This document shows, one piece after another, positions 10,082-20,410 of a DNA stretch of 64,000 bases (the stretch's first letter is position 1; each line of letters starts with the position of its first letter). The notes beneath the pieces are model-generated. The model had not been told where the DNA came from and made no database searches. It saw nothing but the letters and a program-made list of their open reading frames with translations. A program made the position numbers and the translations under genes. Source of the stretch: Alphaproteobacteria bacterium (GTDB lineage: Bacteria > Pseudomonadota > Alphaproteobacteria > Bin95); NCBI GenBank assembly GCA_965205265.1, contig CBDBGH010000003.1, forward strand, positions 2,048,001 to 2,112,000, in the 5' to 3' direction.

Positions 10082-11164
10082 CTACTCCGCCGCCTCGGGG
10101 CGTGGCGGCGCGCCGAAACCGGCGAGCGGCCCGAGTTCCTTTTCCACCATGGGCCGAATGTCCGTCACCAGCTTCTCCATGCTGTCGAGCGCCGCGCGGT
10201 GCGAGGAGCCGCCGACCTGGAAATGGAACATGATGTGCGCCGGCCGCGCCGCGCGGATTTCGGCCGTCAGCCGCTCCGCGATGGTCTCGGGGTCGCCGAC
10301 CAGCAGATTGTCCGCGATCTCCTCCAGCGTCAGCTCCTCCGGCATCGGCACCTCGGTCATCATCGCCCCGTCCATGACCTCGGCGCGCCGTCGGAGCGCC
10401 GAGGCGAGGCGCATCTGGTGGCGGGCATTGTCGACATAGGCGAGCGTCTCAGCCCGGCTTTCCGTCACGCAGAGGAAGCGCTGGAAGCCGAGCCGCATCG
10501 TCTCCGGGTCGCAGCCCTCCGCCCGGTAGGCCCCGGCGATGCGCTCGCGCATCCCGGCCAGGTAGTCTGCGCCGAGCCACCGGCCGGTGAACATGGGCGC
10601 ATAGCCGCGCCGGGCGCAAAGGCGGTGCCCGATCTCGCCGTCGCCCGCAACCCAGATGTCCGGGCAGCCATCGACCGGACGGGCGCTGATATGGGTCTCG
10701 GGCATGGTGTAGTAGTCGCCCTCATAGCTGAAGGTCTCGTTGGCGAAGGCAAGCTCCAGAATGTCGAGAAACTCTTCCAGCCTGGGCCGCGCTTCGGCGA
10801 GGTCCTGGCCGAAGCGCTCGAACTCGTAGGGCTGGTAGCCGCTGCCGACGCCGAGCACGAGCCGGCCGCCGGAGAAGGCGTCCACCATGCCGATCTCGGC
10901 GAGCAGCCGCGCGGGCTGGTAGAGCGGCGTCACCACGACGGCGGGGGCGAGCTTGATGTTCCGGGTCTCGCCGGCGCAGCGCGCGGCCATCAGCAGCGGC
11001 GAGGGGCAGATGCAGTAGTTGGAGAAGTGGTGCTCCGCAAACCAGGCTGTGGCGAAGCCGAGCCGGTCCGCCTGGCGCACCTGCTCGATATGCTCCTCGA
11101 ACACGCGCTGCGGCGGCGTGCCCCGCTCCCGGTAGCCCATCAGGCCGAAATAACCGAAGTCCAT
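10082..11164 (-). CDS. Luciferase-like (LLM class) flavin-dependent monooxygenase
   Basis: Start MDFGYFGLM; WFAEHHF, GRLVLGVGSGY..EF motifs. Confidence 0.88.
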   Translation of the reverse strand: MDFGYFGLMGYRERGTPPQRVFEEHIEQVRQADRLGFATAWFAEHHFSNYCICPSPLLMAARCAGETRNIKLAPAVVVTPLYQPARLLAEIGMVDAFSGGRLVLGVGSGYQPYEFERFGQDLAEARPRLEEFLDILELAFANETFSYEGDYYTMPETHISARPVDGCPDIWVAGDGEIGHRLCARRGYAPMFTGRWLGADYLAGMRERIAGAYRAEGCDPETMRLGFQRFLCVTESRAETLAYVDNARHQMRLASALRRRAEVMDGAMMTEVPMPEELTLEEIADNLLVGDPETIAERLTAEIRAARPAHIMFHFQVGGSSHRAALDSMEKLVTDIRPMVEKELGPLAGFGAPPRPEAAE

Positions 11165-11207
11165 CGCTCGCCTCCCCTCGCCTGTCCGGCCGGGAGCATA
11201 GCAGCCG

Positions 11208-11972
11208 TCAGGCGAGGCGGAACCGCATGCCCCCGAGCGCGATAACCCCGTCATCGACCGGCAATCCCGCAGCCCGCGCATTGGCGAAGGCGGCGTCCGG
11301 GTCCTCGGCCTTGAGGTCGAGGCCCGCCAGCCCCTCGCCGCGCCCGTCCCTGGCCTCGACGAAGCGCAGCCGGGCATTGTCGAGCGGCAGCGCGAGGGCG
11401 CCCCTGCCGTCTGCCTCCAGCGGGATTTCGGCGATGCCGCTCCAGCGCCGGGCCAGCCGTTCCGGGTCCGGGCCCTGCAGCTCGGCCGCCAGGATCGCGG
11501 ATACGACGCCCGTGCGGACATGCGGCTTCCAGTCCGGCCCGGCCGGGTGCCATGGCCCGTCCTCCGCCTCGCCGCCCTGCTGGCAGTCGATCTCGAAGAA
11601 GGCCCCGCCGGTGTCCTTCGGATGAAGCTGCATCCCCTGGAAACCGCCGTGCTCCAGCGGGTTGGCGATACGCACGCCGAGTTCGGCGGCGCGCCGGCGG
11701 CGCGCTTGCAGATCCGGGCATTGCGTGATGACCATGTAGCCGCCGTCGCCGCCGTGCCGGTCCAGATAGCGCCCCGCCGCCGTTCCCGGCCCGGTCGGCG
11801 CGACGACCTCAAGGAATTGGTTTCCGACCGGCAGCAGCGCATTCACCAGCCCGTAGGCCGCCACCGCCGGATCGACATAGCAGACCTCCAGCCCGAAGAC
11901 GCGCTTCAGGCCGGCGACGACAGGCTCAAGGTCATGCGCGACGAGACAGATCTGCCTGAGGCGCAGGCGCAT
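11208..11972 (-). CDS. VOC/glyoxalase-like family protein
   Basis: MRLRLRQICLVA, FLEVVAP, GDGGYMVI, QLHPKDTGG. Confidence 0.8.
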   Translation of the reverse strand: MRLRLRQICLVAHDLEPVVAGLKRVFGLEVCYVDPAVAAYGLVNALLPVGNQFLEVVAPTGPGTAAGRYLDRHGGDGGYMVITQCPDLQARRRRAAELGVRIANPLEHGGFQGMQLHPKDTGGAFFEIDCQQGGEAEDGPWHPAGPDWKPHVRTGVVSAILAAELQGPDPERLARRWSGIAEIPLEADGRGALALPLDNARLRFVEARDGRGEGLAGLDLKAEDPDAAFANARAAGLPVDDGVIALGGMRFRLA

Positions 11973-12123
11973 GGACGGTTCCTCCCCCTTCGACCGCCCC
12001 ACTCTGCCGCGCCGGCGCGCCGCCCCGCAAGCGGATTGACTTCCCCGCCGCTGCCGCCCGATATTCCGCGAATCCGCTTTTCGCTGCACGCCCCCTGTAT
12101 GCGGGCGAGGAGACAACCTGCCC

Positions 12124-13332
12124 ATGCCGACCCCCCTGCCCCTGGAGGGCGTCAAGGTCTTCGACGCCACCCAGGGCGTCGCCGGCCCGCACAGCACCAT
12201 GCTGCTGGCCCAGCACGGCGCGGAAGTCACCAAGCTGGAGCCGCTCGACGGCGACTGGGGGCGCACGCTCGGCAAGGCCTATGGCGACCAGTGCGCCCAT
12301 TCCGTCGTGTTCAACCGCGGCAAGAAATCGCTCGCCATGGACATGAAGAACGAGGCCGCGCAGAAGGTCGCCTTCAAGCTCGCCTCCGAGGCCGACATCG
12401 TGGTGGAGAGCTTCCGCCCCGGCGTGATGGCGCGCTTCGGCATCGGCTACGAGCAGGTGAAGGCCGTCAATCCGGAGGTCATCTACCTCTCGGTCACGGG
12501 CTTCGGCCAGGACGGCCCCTATAACCGCCTGCCGGTGACGGACTCGGTGATCCAGGCGTTTTCGGGCTGGATGTCGATCAACCGCGACGCCGCCGGCACG
12601 CCGCAGCGCATCGGCATGATCGCCATCGACGTGATGACCGGCCTCTACGCCTACCAGGCCATATCGTCGGCGCTGCTCCGCAAGTTCCGGTTCGGCAAGG
12701 GCGGCTATATCGACTGCTCGCTGATGCAGGCGGCGGCGGCGTTCCAGTCCGCCAAGGTGATGGAGCATTACCTGGAAGGCGGCGCGCCGCAGGTGCTCTA
12801 TGTGCCGGTCGGCACGATGCAGACCGCCGACGGCTACATCAACATCACCGCCATGCGCGAGCGCCACTACGTCTCGCTCTGCAAGGTGCTGGGGCGCGAC
12901 GACCTCGCCGACGACCCGCGCTACAACAGCCGCGAGAAGCGCATCGAGCGCGAGGCGGAGCTGATGCCGGTCATCCGCGAGGCGTTCCTGAAGCGCACAA
13001 CCGCCGAATGGGCCGAGGCGCTGACCGGGGAAGGCGTGATGAACGCGCCCGTCTCCACCTACAGCCATTTTCTCGACGACGAGCATGTGAAGGCGGTGGA
13101 GAGCGTCGCCTGGATGGAGCATCCCGGCATGCCGGGCGCGCTGCCGGTCACCAACATTCCGGGGCTTGCGAAGGCCGGGTCCGGCGGTGCGCTCGATCTG
13201 GCCCCGCATATCGGCGAGCACTCGCGCGAAATCCTGCTGCGCGAAGGCTGGACGCCGGCAGAGGTGGAAGAACTCGTGGCCGCCGGAGCGGTCGGCGAGA
13301 TGACGGAAACAACGGCCGAAGCCGCGGAGTAG
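12124..13332 (+). CDS. Family III CoA-transferase (CaiB/BaiF)
   Basis: PLEGVKVFD, AGP, NRGKKSL, ADIVVESFRPG, SVTGFGQDGP. Confidence 0.9.
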   Translation: MPTPLPLEGVKVFDATQGVAGPHSTMLLAQHGAEVTKLEPLDGDWGRTLGKAYGDQCAHSVVFNRGKKSLAMDMKNEAAQKVAFKLASEADIVVESFRPGVMARFGIGYEQVKAVNPEVIYLSVTGFGQDGPYNRLPVTDSVIQAFSGWMSINRDAAGTPQRIGMIAIDVMTGLYAYQAISSALLRKFRFGKGGYIDCSLMQAAAAFQSAKVMEHYLEGGAPQVLYVPVGTMQTADGYINITAMRERHYVSLCKVLGRDDLADDPRYNSREKRIEREAELMPVIREAFLKRTTAEWAEALTGEGVMNAPVSTYSHFLDDEHVKAVESVAWMEHPGMPGALPVTNIPGLAKAGSGGALDLAPHIGEHSREILLREGWTPAEVEELVAAGAVGEMTETTAEAAE

Positions 13333-13335
13333 AAG

Positions 13336-14196
13336 ATGAAATTGTTGCGTTACGGCCCGAGGGGCCAGGAGAAGCCGGGCCTGCTGGACGCGGGCGGCGC
13401 CATTCGCGACCTGTCCGGGGTCGTCTCCGACCTCGGCCCCGGGGAGATTTCGCCCGCGGGCCTCGAGCGCCTTGCAGGCCTCGACGCTGCGAGCCTGCCG
13501 GAAGTCTCCGGGTCGCCGCGCCTCGGCCTGCCGGTCGCCGGCACGGCCAAGGTGCTCTGCGTCGGCCTCAACTACATCGACCACGCCAATGAGGTGGGCG
13601 CATCGATCCCCGAGGACGCGATCTACTTCCAGAAGCCGGTCACGGCGCTGACGGGGCCGAACGACCCCATCGTCAAGCCGGTCGATTCGACCATGCTCGA
13701 CTGGGAGGTCGAGCTGGTTGTCGTCATGGGCTCGAAGGCGCAATATATCGCCGAGAGCGAGGTCATGGACCATGTCGCCGGTTTCGCGCTCGGCAACGAT
13801 GTCTCCGAGCGCGAGTTCCAGACCCGGCGGTCCGGCCAGTGGACCAAGGGCAAGAGCCATGACAGCTTCGCGCCCATCGGCCCCTGGCTGGTGACGAAGG
13901 ACGAGATCGCCGACGTGCAGAACCTCGACATGTTCCTGAATGTGAACGGCGAGCGGATGCAGACCGGCAATACGGCCAAGATGATCTTCTCGGTCGTCGA
14001 GGCGGTCGCCTATGCGAGCCGCTTCATGACGTTGATGCCCGGCGACGTCGTCATGACCGGCACGCCGCCCGGCGTCGGCAGCGCCATGAAGCCGCCGCGC
14101 TTCCTCGATGTCGGCGACGAGGTCCATCTCGGCATAGAAGGCCTCGGCGAAGCCCGCCAGACGGTCGTCTCCTGGGAGGACAGGCCGCAGGACTAG
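13336..14196 (+). CDS. Fumarylacetoacetate hydrolase family protein
   Basis: CVGLNYIDH, DWEVEL, NDVSER, KGKS.D.F.PIGP, TGTPPGVG. Confidence 0.92.
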   Translation: MKLLRYGPRGQEKPGLLDAGGAIRDLSGVVSDLGPGEISPAGLERLAGLDAASLPEVSGSPRLGLPVAGTAKVLCVGLNYIDHANEVGASIPEDAIYFQKPVTALTGPNDPIVKPVDSTMLDWEVELVVVMGSKAQYIAESEVMDHVAGFALGNDVSEREFQTRRSGQWTKGKSHDSFAPIGPWLVTKDEIADVQNLDMFLNVNGERMQTGNTAKMIFSVVEAVAYASRFMTLMPGDVVMTGTPPGVGSAMKPPRFLDVGDEVHLGIEGLGEARQTVVSWEDRPQD

Positions 14197-14328
14197 GCCA
14201 CGATCCGTTCCGGTTGGATCGGCCTCATTTACCGTCGGAACGGATTGCGCGTTATATGGCGTCGTGCGCCGACGGTCCGAGGCCGGCGGCGCGCATCGGC
14301 GCAAGAACGCCGAAAGCTGTTCCCGCCT

Positions 14329-14982
14329 TTACGGCGCGGCCCCGTCTTCCGCATCGAGCAGGGCGCGCAATTGCGGCAGCAGGGCGGGGATGTGTATGCA
14401 GACGATGTTCCACACAATGTCGCCGTCCACATCGTTATATTCGTGCACGATGACGTTCCGCGCGTCCCGGATGCGCTGCCATTCGATTTCCGGATGGGCG
14501 TCGCGGATGCCCTGCGGGATGCGGCCCGCCGCCTCGCCGATGCGCACGATATTGAATTGCGCCATATCGTATATGGGATTGCTCCCGAGAAATTGCTCCA
14601 GGCCCATCCCGGCGGTTTCCGCCAACACCCTCTCGCCGAACCCGATCATGTCGCGCACGGGGATGCGCCAGTCCTTTGCGGGCCGGTCGGAGTCGTCCAT
14701 GGCGATGTCCTTCTCCACATAGGCGCGGTATTCGGGGCGCAGCCGCTCGGCGGGCACAAGATCGACCGGGCGGCCGAGCAGGCCCTCGAGATAGTCCTGC
14801 ATCTCCGCTTTGCGGGAGAGACAGGCCGGCCCCTCGAAGCGCACCAGCAGGTCGATGTCGCTGTCCTCCCGCGCCTGCCCGCGGGCGAAGGAGCCGAACA
14901 GGTCCAGCGACACGACGCCGAAACGCCGCTCCAGCTCCGGCCGATGCGCCTCCAGCACGCTCAGCACATAGTCCCGGTCCAT
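14329..14982 (-). CDS. Fused MNT (MntA-like nucleotidyltransferase) - HEPN/DUF86 (HepT-like RNase) protein, 217 aa
   Basis: N-half LFGSFARG...SDIDLLV; C-half IGEAA, HPEIEW, RNVIVHEY (RxxxxH); one continuous frame. Confidence 0.85.
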   Translation of the reverse strand: MDRDYVLSVLEAHRPELERRFGVVSLDLFGSFARGQAREDSDIDLLVRFEGPACLSRKAEMQDYLEGLLGRPVDLVPAERLRPEYRAYVEKDIAMDDSDRPAKDWRIPVRDMIGFGERVLAETAGMGLEQFLGSNPIYDMAQFNIVRIGEAAGRIPQGIRDAHPEIEWQRIRDARNVIVHEYNDVDGDIVWNIVCIHIPALLPQLRALLDAEDGAAP

Positions 14983-15069
14983 GCCCGCACTATCGCCCCC
15001 GCCGCGCCTGCCCGCAAGCCCGGCCGAAAACCCTTCCATGCGAATCTTTTGTGTCCTAATATATAGGCG

Positions 15070-15558
15070 ATGAACTATGAGGATACGAACATGGAGGGCG
15101 CGGCGGGGCTGGAGAGCGATCATCGCTTCGGCCTGAAGCTTGCGGAGCTGTCGCGGCTCTGGCGCCAGGCGCTCGATGCGCGGCTCCGGCCGCTCGGCCT
15201 CTCGCAGGCGCGCTGGGCGGCGCTGATCCATCTCAGCGCCTATCCCGACGGGCTGACGCAGGGCCGCCTTGCGCTCAGGGTGGGCATCAGGGACTCGACG
15301 CTCGTGCCGCAACTCGACGCGCTCGCCCGCGACGGGCTGATCGAGCGGCGCGACTCCCCCGAAGACCGCCGCGCCAAGACGGTCCGGCTGACACCGGCCG
15401 CCCTGCCGTTGCTGGAGGAGATCGACCGGGTCGGCAGGGAGCTGCGCCAGGAACTCACGCAGGATATCGACCCGCAGCATCTCGACCTCTGCCTCCATGT
15501 CTTCAACGCGATACGGAACCGTCTCGAAGGGCTGAACGGGGACAGGAACAATGGCTGA
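15070..15558 (+). CDS. MarR/SlyA family transcriptional regulator
   Basis: LGLSQARW, LTQ..LA, GLIERR..EDRRAK..LT wing motif; precedes efflux genes. Confidence 0.88.
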   Translation: MNYEDTNMEGAAGLESDHRFGLKLAELSRLWRQALDARLRPLGLSQARWAALIHLSAYPDGLTQGRLALRVGIRDSTLVPQLDALARDGLIERRDSPEDRRAKTVRLTPAALPLLEEIDRVGRELRQELTQDIDPQHLDLCLHVFNAIRNRLEGLNGDRNNG

Positions 15559-16687
15559 AACGCCCGAGACCGCCGCCCCGGCCCCGCCGCCGGCGCGGCG
15601 CGGTGGCGCCATGCGGCGGCTTCGCTATCTCGCAATCGCCCTCATCGCCCTGGCGGCGCTGGCTTACGGCGCGCGCGAGGTGTGGGACCGCTTCACCCAT
15701 GTCCACGAATACGACGCGCGCATCAAGGCGAACATGGTGACGCTGGCGAGCAAGGTGGACGGCGTGATCCTCGAACTCGCGGTCGAGGAGGGCGACCGCG
15801 TGGAGGCCGGACAGGTGCTGGCGCGGCTCGACGACCGCATTCCGAAACTCAGGGTGCAGGGCCTCGAGGCCCAACTCGCCGGGCTGGAGGCCGAGCGCCG
15901 GCGCCTGCTCGTCGAGCGCGGCGTGATGGACGCGCAGACTTCCACCAGGATGCGCACGCGCGAGAGCGGCGTGCAGGCAAGCCGGGCGGGCCGTTCGGTG
16001 CTGCTGGCGGACCTCGAACTCGCGCGCTCCGAACTCCGCCGGGCCCAGGCGCTCTACAAGCGCCGGGTGGTCTCCAGGCAGGCTCTCGACCAGGCGAGCG
16101 CCAGGGTCGATCGCATCCAGGCGGACCTGAAGAAGGTCGATGCCGAGACGCAGGCGGCGCGCGCCCAGATGGCCGAGGCCGAGGCCGAACGACAACGCCT
16201 CGACGTGATCGATTCCGAACTGGCCATGCTGGACCACCGCACCGCCAGATTGCAGGCTGAACTCGACCAGCAGCGGGTCGATGTCGATGACCGGCTGCTG
16301 CGCGCGCCCGGCGACGGCCTCATCGACCGCATCTTCGTCGAGACCGGCGAATTCGTGAACGACGGCCAGCGCATGCTGCTGCTCCACGACCCCGACGACC
16401 TCTGGATCGAGGCCAATATCAAGGAGACCGAGCTCAGCCGGCTCCGGGTCGGCCAGGCCGTGGCGGTCTCTGTGGACGCCTATCCGGAGACCGCGTTCAC
16501 GGGCACGGTCGAGCGCATCGGCAGCACGACCACGGCCAATTTCGCCCTCCTCCCCACCCCGAACCCGAGCGGCAATTTCACCAAGATCACCCAGCGCGTG
16601 CCGGTGCGCATCGGTCTGGAGCGCAACGGCATGACGCTTCTGCCGGGCATGATGGTGGAAGTGAACATTGACGTCCGAGACCGTTGA
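15551..16687 (+). CDS. EmrA/HlyD family efflux periplasmic adaptor
   Basis: N-terminal TM, lipoyl half motifs, NPSGNFTKITQRVPVRI. Confidence 0.9.
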   Translation: MAETPETAAPAPPPARRGGAMRRLRYLAIALIALAALAYGAREVWDRFTHVHEYDARIKANMVTLASKVDGVILELAVEEGDRVEAGQVLARLDDRIPKLRVQGLEAQLAGLEAERRRLLVERGVMDAQTSTRMRTRESGVQASRAGRSVLLADLELARSELRRAQALYKRRVVSRQALDQASARVDRIQADLKKVDAETQAARAQMAEAEAERQRLDVIDSELAMLDHRTARLQAELDQQRVDVDDRLLRAPGDGLIDRIFVETGEFVNDGQRMLLLHDPDDLWIEANIKETELSRLRVGQAVAVSVDAYPETAFTGTVERIGSTTTANFALLPTPNPSGNFTKITQRVPVRIGLERNGMTLLPGMMVEVNIDVRDR

Positions 16688-18251
16688 GGTCCTGACGGAG
16701 CGCTTCGGCGCGCAATATCGCTGGTGGGCGAGCGGCACGGCGCTGATCGCCATGATCGCCATGGTGCTTTCGTCGACGAGCGTCACCGTGGCCGTACCGC
16801 ACATCATGGGCGCGTTCGGCGTCGGGCAGGACCGGGCGCAATGGGTCGCGACCGGCTATTTCGCCGCCATGACGGCCGGCATGCTGCTCAATGCCTGGCT
16901 CGTCCGCCATTTCGGCGCGCGCATCGTGCTGACCGCAACCCTCGCCGCCTTCACCGTTGCGTCCTTTGCAGGCGCAGCGGCGCCCAGCCTCGATGTCGTC
17001 ATCCTCTCGCGCGTCGTGCAGGGCGCCTGCGGCGGGCTGCTGCAACCGCTTTCCATGCAGATCCTGTTCCGCGTGTTCCCGCCGGACCGGCGCGGCACGG
17101 CAATGGGGCTGTTCGGCCTGGGCGTGGTGCTGGCGCCGGCGTTCGGCCCCGCGCTCGGCGGGCTCGCCATTGACGGCTTCGACTGGCGCTGGGTTTTCCT
17201 GATCCCGCTTCCGGGCGTGGCGGCGGCCCTGCCCCTCGGCCTCCTCTTCATGCCCGAGCGCGAAGACGCCGGGCCGCGCGCCGCTTTCGACTGGCCGGGT
17301 TTCGCGCTGCTGGTCACGGCAATCGTGGCGCTGCTCGACGGGCTTGCGAGCGGCCAGCGCATCGGGTGGCACTCGGACCGCATCGTGTTCGAGCTCGCCC
17401 TGGGCGCGGCCGCCACGGCAGGCTTCATATTCCGCCAGCTGACCGCGCGCGCCCCGCTGCTCGACCTCTCGCTGTTCCGCAACGGGCGCTTCGCCTCGGC
17501 TTTCGCGGTCGGCTTCATCTTCGGCTTCAGCATGTTCGGCTCGATCTACCTCATCGCCGTCTTCGTGCAGGAAGTGCAGGGCTACACGGCGACGCGGGCG
17601 GGGCTGCTGATGGTGCCGGCGGGCCTGTTGATGGCCGTCATGTTCCCGGTCGCCGGGCGGATCAGCGACATGGTGCCGGCGCACTGGCCGATCATGGCGG
17701 GGCTCGCGGTATTCGGGGCGGGCTTCCTGCTCATGTCCACGGCCGATGCCGACACGCCCTTCTGGACCTTCGCGCTCTTCATCATGATCAACCGGTTCGG
17801 GCTCTCCTTCGTCATTCCCTCGCTCAACACCGGCTCGCTGAGGGCGCTGCGCCCGGACCAGGTGCAGCAGGGCTCGGGCCTCGTGAACTTCACCCGCATG
17901 CTGGGCGGCGCCTGCGGCATCAACCTGCTGGTGGTTCTGCTGGAAATGCGCACCGGCGTCTTCGCCGAGGCCTTCACCGCGACGCAGACCGCCGCCAACG
18001 CCGCCAGCATGGCGATGCTGGAGGGCATCGGCCGGCTGGCGGCGGCCGGCGGCCTCGGGCCCGGAGAGGCGAGCGCAGCGGCGGAACGCTATCTCGGCGA
18101 GGTCATGCTGGCGCAGGCCGAGGCGCAGGCCTTCCAGGATGTGTTCGTGGCCGTCGGCCTGCTTGCATTTGCCGCGCTGCTGCCGGCTTTCGTCATGGCG
18201 CGCGCCGGCTTGCAGGAACCGGCCGCATCGGCGAGGCTGCAATCGGCATGA
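16668..18251 (+). CDS. DHA2 (EmrB/QacA) family MFS efflux transporter
   Basis: RVVQG, APAFGPALGG, WRWVFLI, PLLDLSLF; multiple TM segments; TTG start. Confidence 0.9.
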   Translation: MTSETVEVLTERFGAQYRWWASGTALIAMIAMVLSSTSVTVAVPHIMGAFGVGQDRAQWVATGYFAAMTAGMLLNAWLVRHFGARIVLTATLAAFTVASFAGAAAPSLDVVILSRVVQGACGGLLQPLSMQILFRVFPPDRRGTAMGLFGLGVVLAPAFGPALGGLAIDGFDWRWVFLIPLPGVAAALPLGLLFMPEREDAGPRAAFDWPGFALLVTAIVALLDGLASGQRIGWHSDRIVFELALGAAATAGFIFRQLTARAPLLDLSLFRNGRFASAFAVGFIFGFSMFGSIYLIAVFVQEVQGYTATRAGLLMVPAGLLMAVMFPVAGRISDMVPAHWPIMAGLAVFGAGFLLMSTADADTPFWTFALFIMINRFGLSFVIPSLNTGSLRALRPDQVQQGSGLVNFTRMLGGACGINLLVVLLEMRTGVFAEAFTATQTAANAASMAMLEGIGRLAAAGGLGPGEASAAAERYLGEVMLAQAEAQAFQDVFVAVGLLAFAALLPAFVMARAGLQEPAASARLQSA

Positions 18252-18832
18252 CCGACCGTCTCGTCATCGGCATCAGCGGCGCCTCGGGCGTCGTTTACGG
18301 CGTCCGCCTGCTGGAGCTGCTGGCGGAGGCGCCCGTCGAAACGCATCTGGTGATGACCCCGTCCGCAGAGGTCACGCTCGCGCATGAAACCGACCGCAAG
18401 GCGGCGGATGTAAAGGCGCTCGCCGACCGGGTTTACAACCCGCGCGACATTGCGGGCGCCATAGCCTCCGGCTCCTTCCGCACGCGCGGCATGGCGGTTG
18501 CGCCCTGCTCGGTCCGCTCGCTCTCGGAGATCGCCTGGGGCACGACGACCAACCTGCTCACCCGCGCCGCCGACGTGACGCTCAAGGAACGCCGCCGGCT
18601 GGTGCTGCTCGTGCGCGAGACGCCGCTGCATACCGGCCATTTGCGCGCCATGGCGGCGGCGAGCGAGAACGGCGCCGTGGTGATGCCGCCGGTCCCGGCC
18701 TTCTATGCCCGCCCGCAGAGCCTGGACGAGATGATCGACCACACGCTCGGCCGCGCGCTGGACCTGTTCGACATCGACCTCGGCACCGTCCGCCGCTGGC
18801 GCGAGCCGGCTTCCGGCTCCTCAGACGCTTAG
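18248..18832 (+). CDS. ubiX: Flavin prenyltransferase UbiX
   Basis: GISGASG, IASGS, APCS, RAADVTLKERR.LVL..RETP, PVPAFY. Confidence 0.93.
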   Translation: MTDRLVIGISGASGVVYGVRLLELLAEAPVETHLVMTPSAEVTLAHETDRKAADVKALADRVYNPRDIAGAIASGSFRTRGMAVAPCSVRSLSEIAWGTTTNLLTRAADVTLKERRRLVLLVRETPLHTGHLRAMAAASENGAVVMPPVPAFYARPQSLDEMIDHTLGRALDLFDIDLGTVRRWREPASGSSDA

Positions 18833-19648
18833 CACCATGCCTTCCCGCGCGGCCTGCGTGCCCGGCCGGCCTTCGGCCGCTTCCGCGGCAAGCCGGTCCA
18901 TCGCCTCGTCGCCGCGGCGCGGATCGTGGTGGAACAGCACCAGCCTGTCCGCCCCCGCCGCCTCGCAGAGCCTTGCGCCCTCGTTCCAGGTCGAATGCCC
19001 CCAATGCGGATGGCGCGCGAACTCCTCCTCGGTGAACATCGCATCGTAGATGACGACATCCGCGCCTTCGATGAGACCGAGGATGTCCCGATTGGGCGCG
19101 CCGGGCCTGTGGCCGGTATCGCAGACATAACAGACGGACCGGCCCTCGAAGTCCACCCGGTAGCCTGTGGCGCCGCCCGGATGGTCGAGCGGCGCGGTGC
19201 GCACATGCACGCCGCCCGCAAGCGCGAAATCCTCCCCGGCGCGGAAGTCGATGCAGCGCAGCTCGGCCGCAAAGCCCTCCAGCGGCACCGGGAACAGCTC
19301 GGGCGAGAGCATCCGCTCCAGAACGGGGCGCAGGCCGCCGCGCCCGGCCAGATGGCCGGCGCGGAGCGCAATGCGGTTGCGCGCGTCGAAGAGCGGGGCG
19401 AAGAAGGGCAGGCCGACCACATGGTCGAGATGCGTGTGGCTCAGCAATATGTCGGCGTCGAGAGGCGCTTCGCCCGCGAGCGCCGCGCCCAGCCCCCGAA
19501 GCCCGGTCCCCGCATCGATAACGATGAGCCGGTCCCCGCAGCGCAGCTCGATGCAGGATGTATTGCCGCCGTAACCTGCCGTTGCCGGCCCCGGACAGGC
19601 GATGCTGCCGCGCACGCCGCGGAAGCGGACTTCGAAGGAGCCGGACAA
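18821..19648 (-). CDS. MBL-fold metallo-hydrolase
   Basis: GVRGSI, YGGNTSC, DAGTG, SHTHLDH, WGHST, LFHHDP. Confidence 0.88.
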   Translation of the reverse strand: MSGSFEVRFRGVRGSIACPGPATAGYGGNTSCIELRCGDRLIVIDAGTGLRGLGAALAGEAPLDADILLSHTHLDHVVGLPFFAPLFDARNRIALRAGHLAGRGGLRPVLERMLSPELFPVPLEGFAAELRCIDFRAGEDFALAGGVHVRTAPLDHPGGATGYRVDFEGRSVCYVCDTGHRPGAPNRDILGLIEGADVVIYDAMFTEEEFARHPHWGHSTWNEGARLCEAAGADRLVLFHHDPRRGDEAMDRLAAEAAEGRPGTQAAREGMVLSV

Positions 19649-19649
19649 G

Positions 19650-20333
19650 TCAGGACGCCAGCCGGTATCCGCCGGGCTCCGTCACCAGGAGCCGCGTGTG
19701 GGGCGGATCGCGCTCGATCTTCTGCCTCAGGCGGTAGATATGCGTTTCGAGCGTGTGCGTGGTTATGCCCGGCCGATAGCCCCAGACCTCCCGCAGCAGC
19801 GTCTCCCGGCTGACGGTCGCCCCGCCGGCGCGGTACAGATATTGCAGGATGGCCGTCTCCTTCTCGGTCAGGCGCACCGTCCTGCCGTCCTCTCCGTTGA
19901 GGAGCTGCTTGTACGCGGGCCGGAACTTGTAGCCGCCGATATCGAGGGCGGCGTCGTGGCTCCGCTCGTGCTGGCGCAGATGCGCCCGGAGCCGCGCCAG
20001 CAGCACCTCGAACCGGAACGGCTTGGAGACATAGTCGTTCGCACCCGCATCGAAGCCGCGAACCGTGTCTTCGTCCGTATCCACCCCGGTCAGCATGACG
20101 ATGGGAACCTTCACCCCCCGGCTCCGCATCGTCCGGCACAACTCGCGGCCGTCCATGTCCGGCAGGCCGACATCGAGGATCACGGCGTCGAATTGCCTCG
20201 ATTCCAACGCCTCCACCGCCTCTTCGGCGGTGCCGGCCTCGCCGGTATCGAATTCCTCGTGCAGCCGCAACTGCTCGGCGAGCACGCTGCGCAGCGTTTC
20301 GTCGTCGTCCACGAGCAGAATCGTCCGCGCCAT
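19650..20333 (-). CDS. OmpR-family response regulator
   Basis: LLVDDD, ILDV, KPF receiver; LETHIYRLRQKIE and GGYRL winged helix. Confidence 0.92.
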   Translation of the reverse strand: MARTILLVDDDETLRSVLAEQLRLHEEFDTGEAGTAEEAVEALESRQFDAVILDVGLPDMDGRELCRTMRSRGVKVPIVMLTGVDTDEDTVRGFDAGANDYVSKPFRFEVLLARLRAHLRQHERSHDAALDIGGYKFRPAYKQLLNGEDGRTVRLTEKETAILQYLYRAGGATVSRETLLREVWGYRPGITTHTLETHIYRLRQKIERDPPHTRLLVTEPGGYRLAS

Positions 20334-20410
20334 CCGGTCGGTCTCCGGGAGCGAGAGTCCAAGCGGACGCTACCATAACTCCGGCGCCGGCGCGATTCCG
20401 GCGCGGACTC

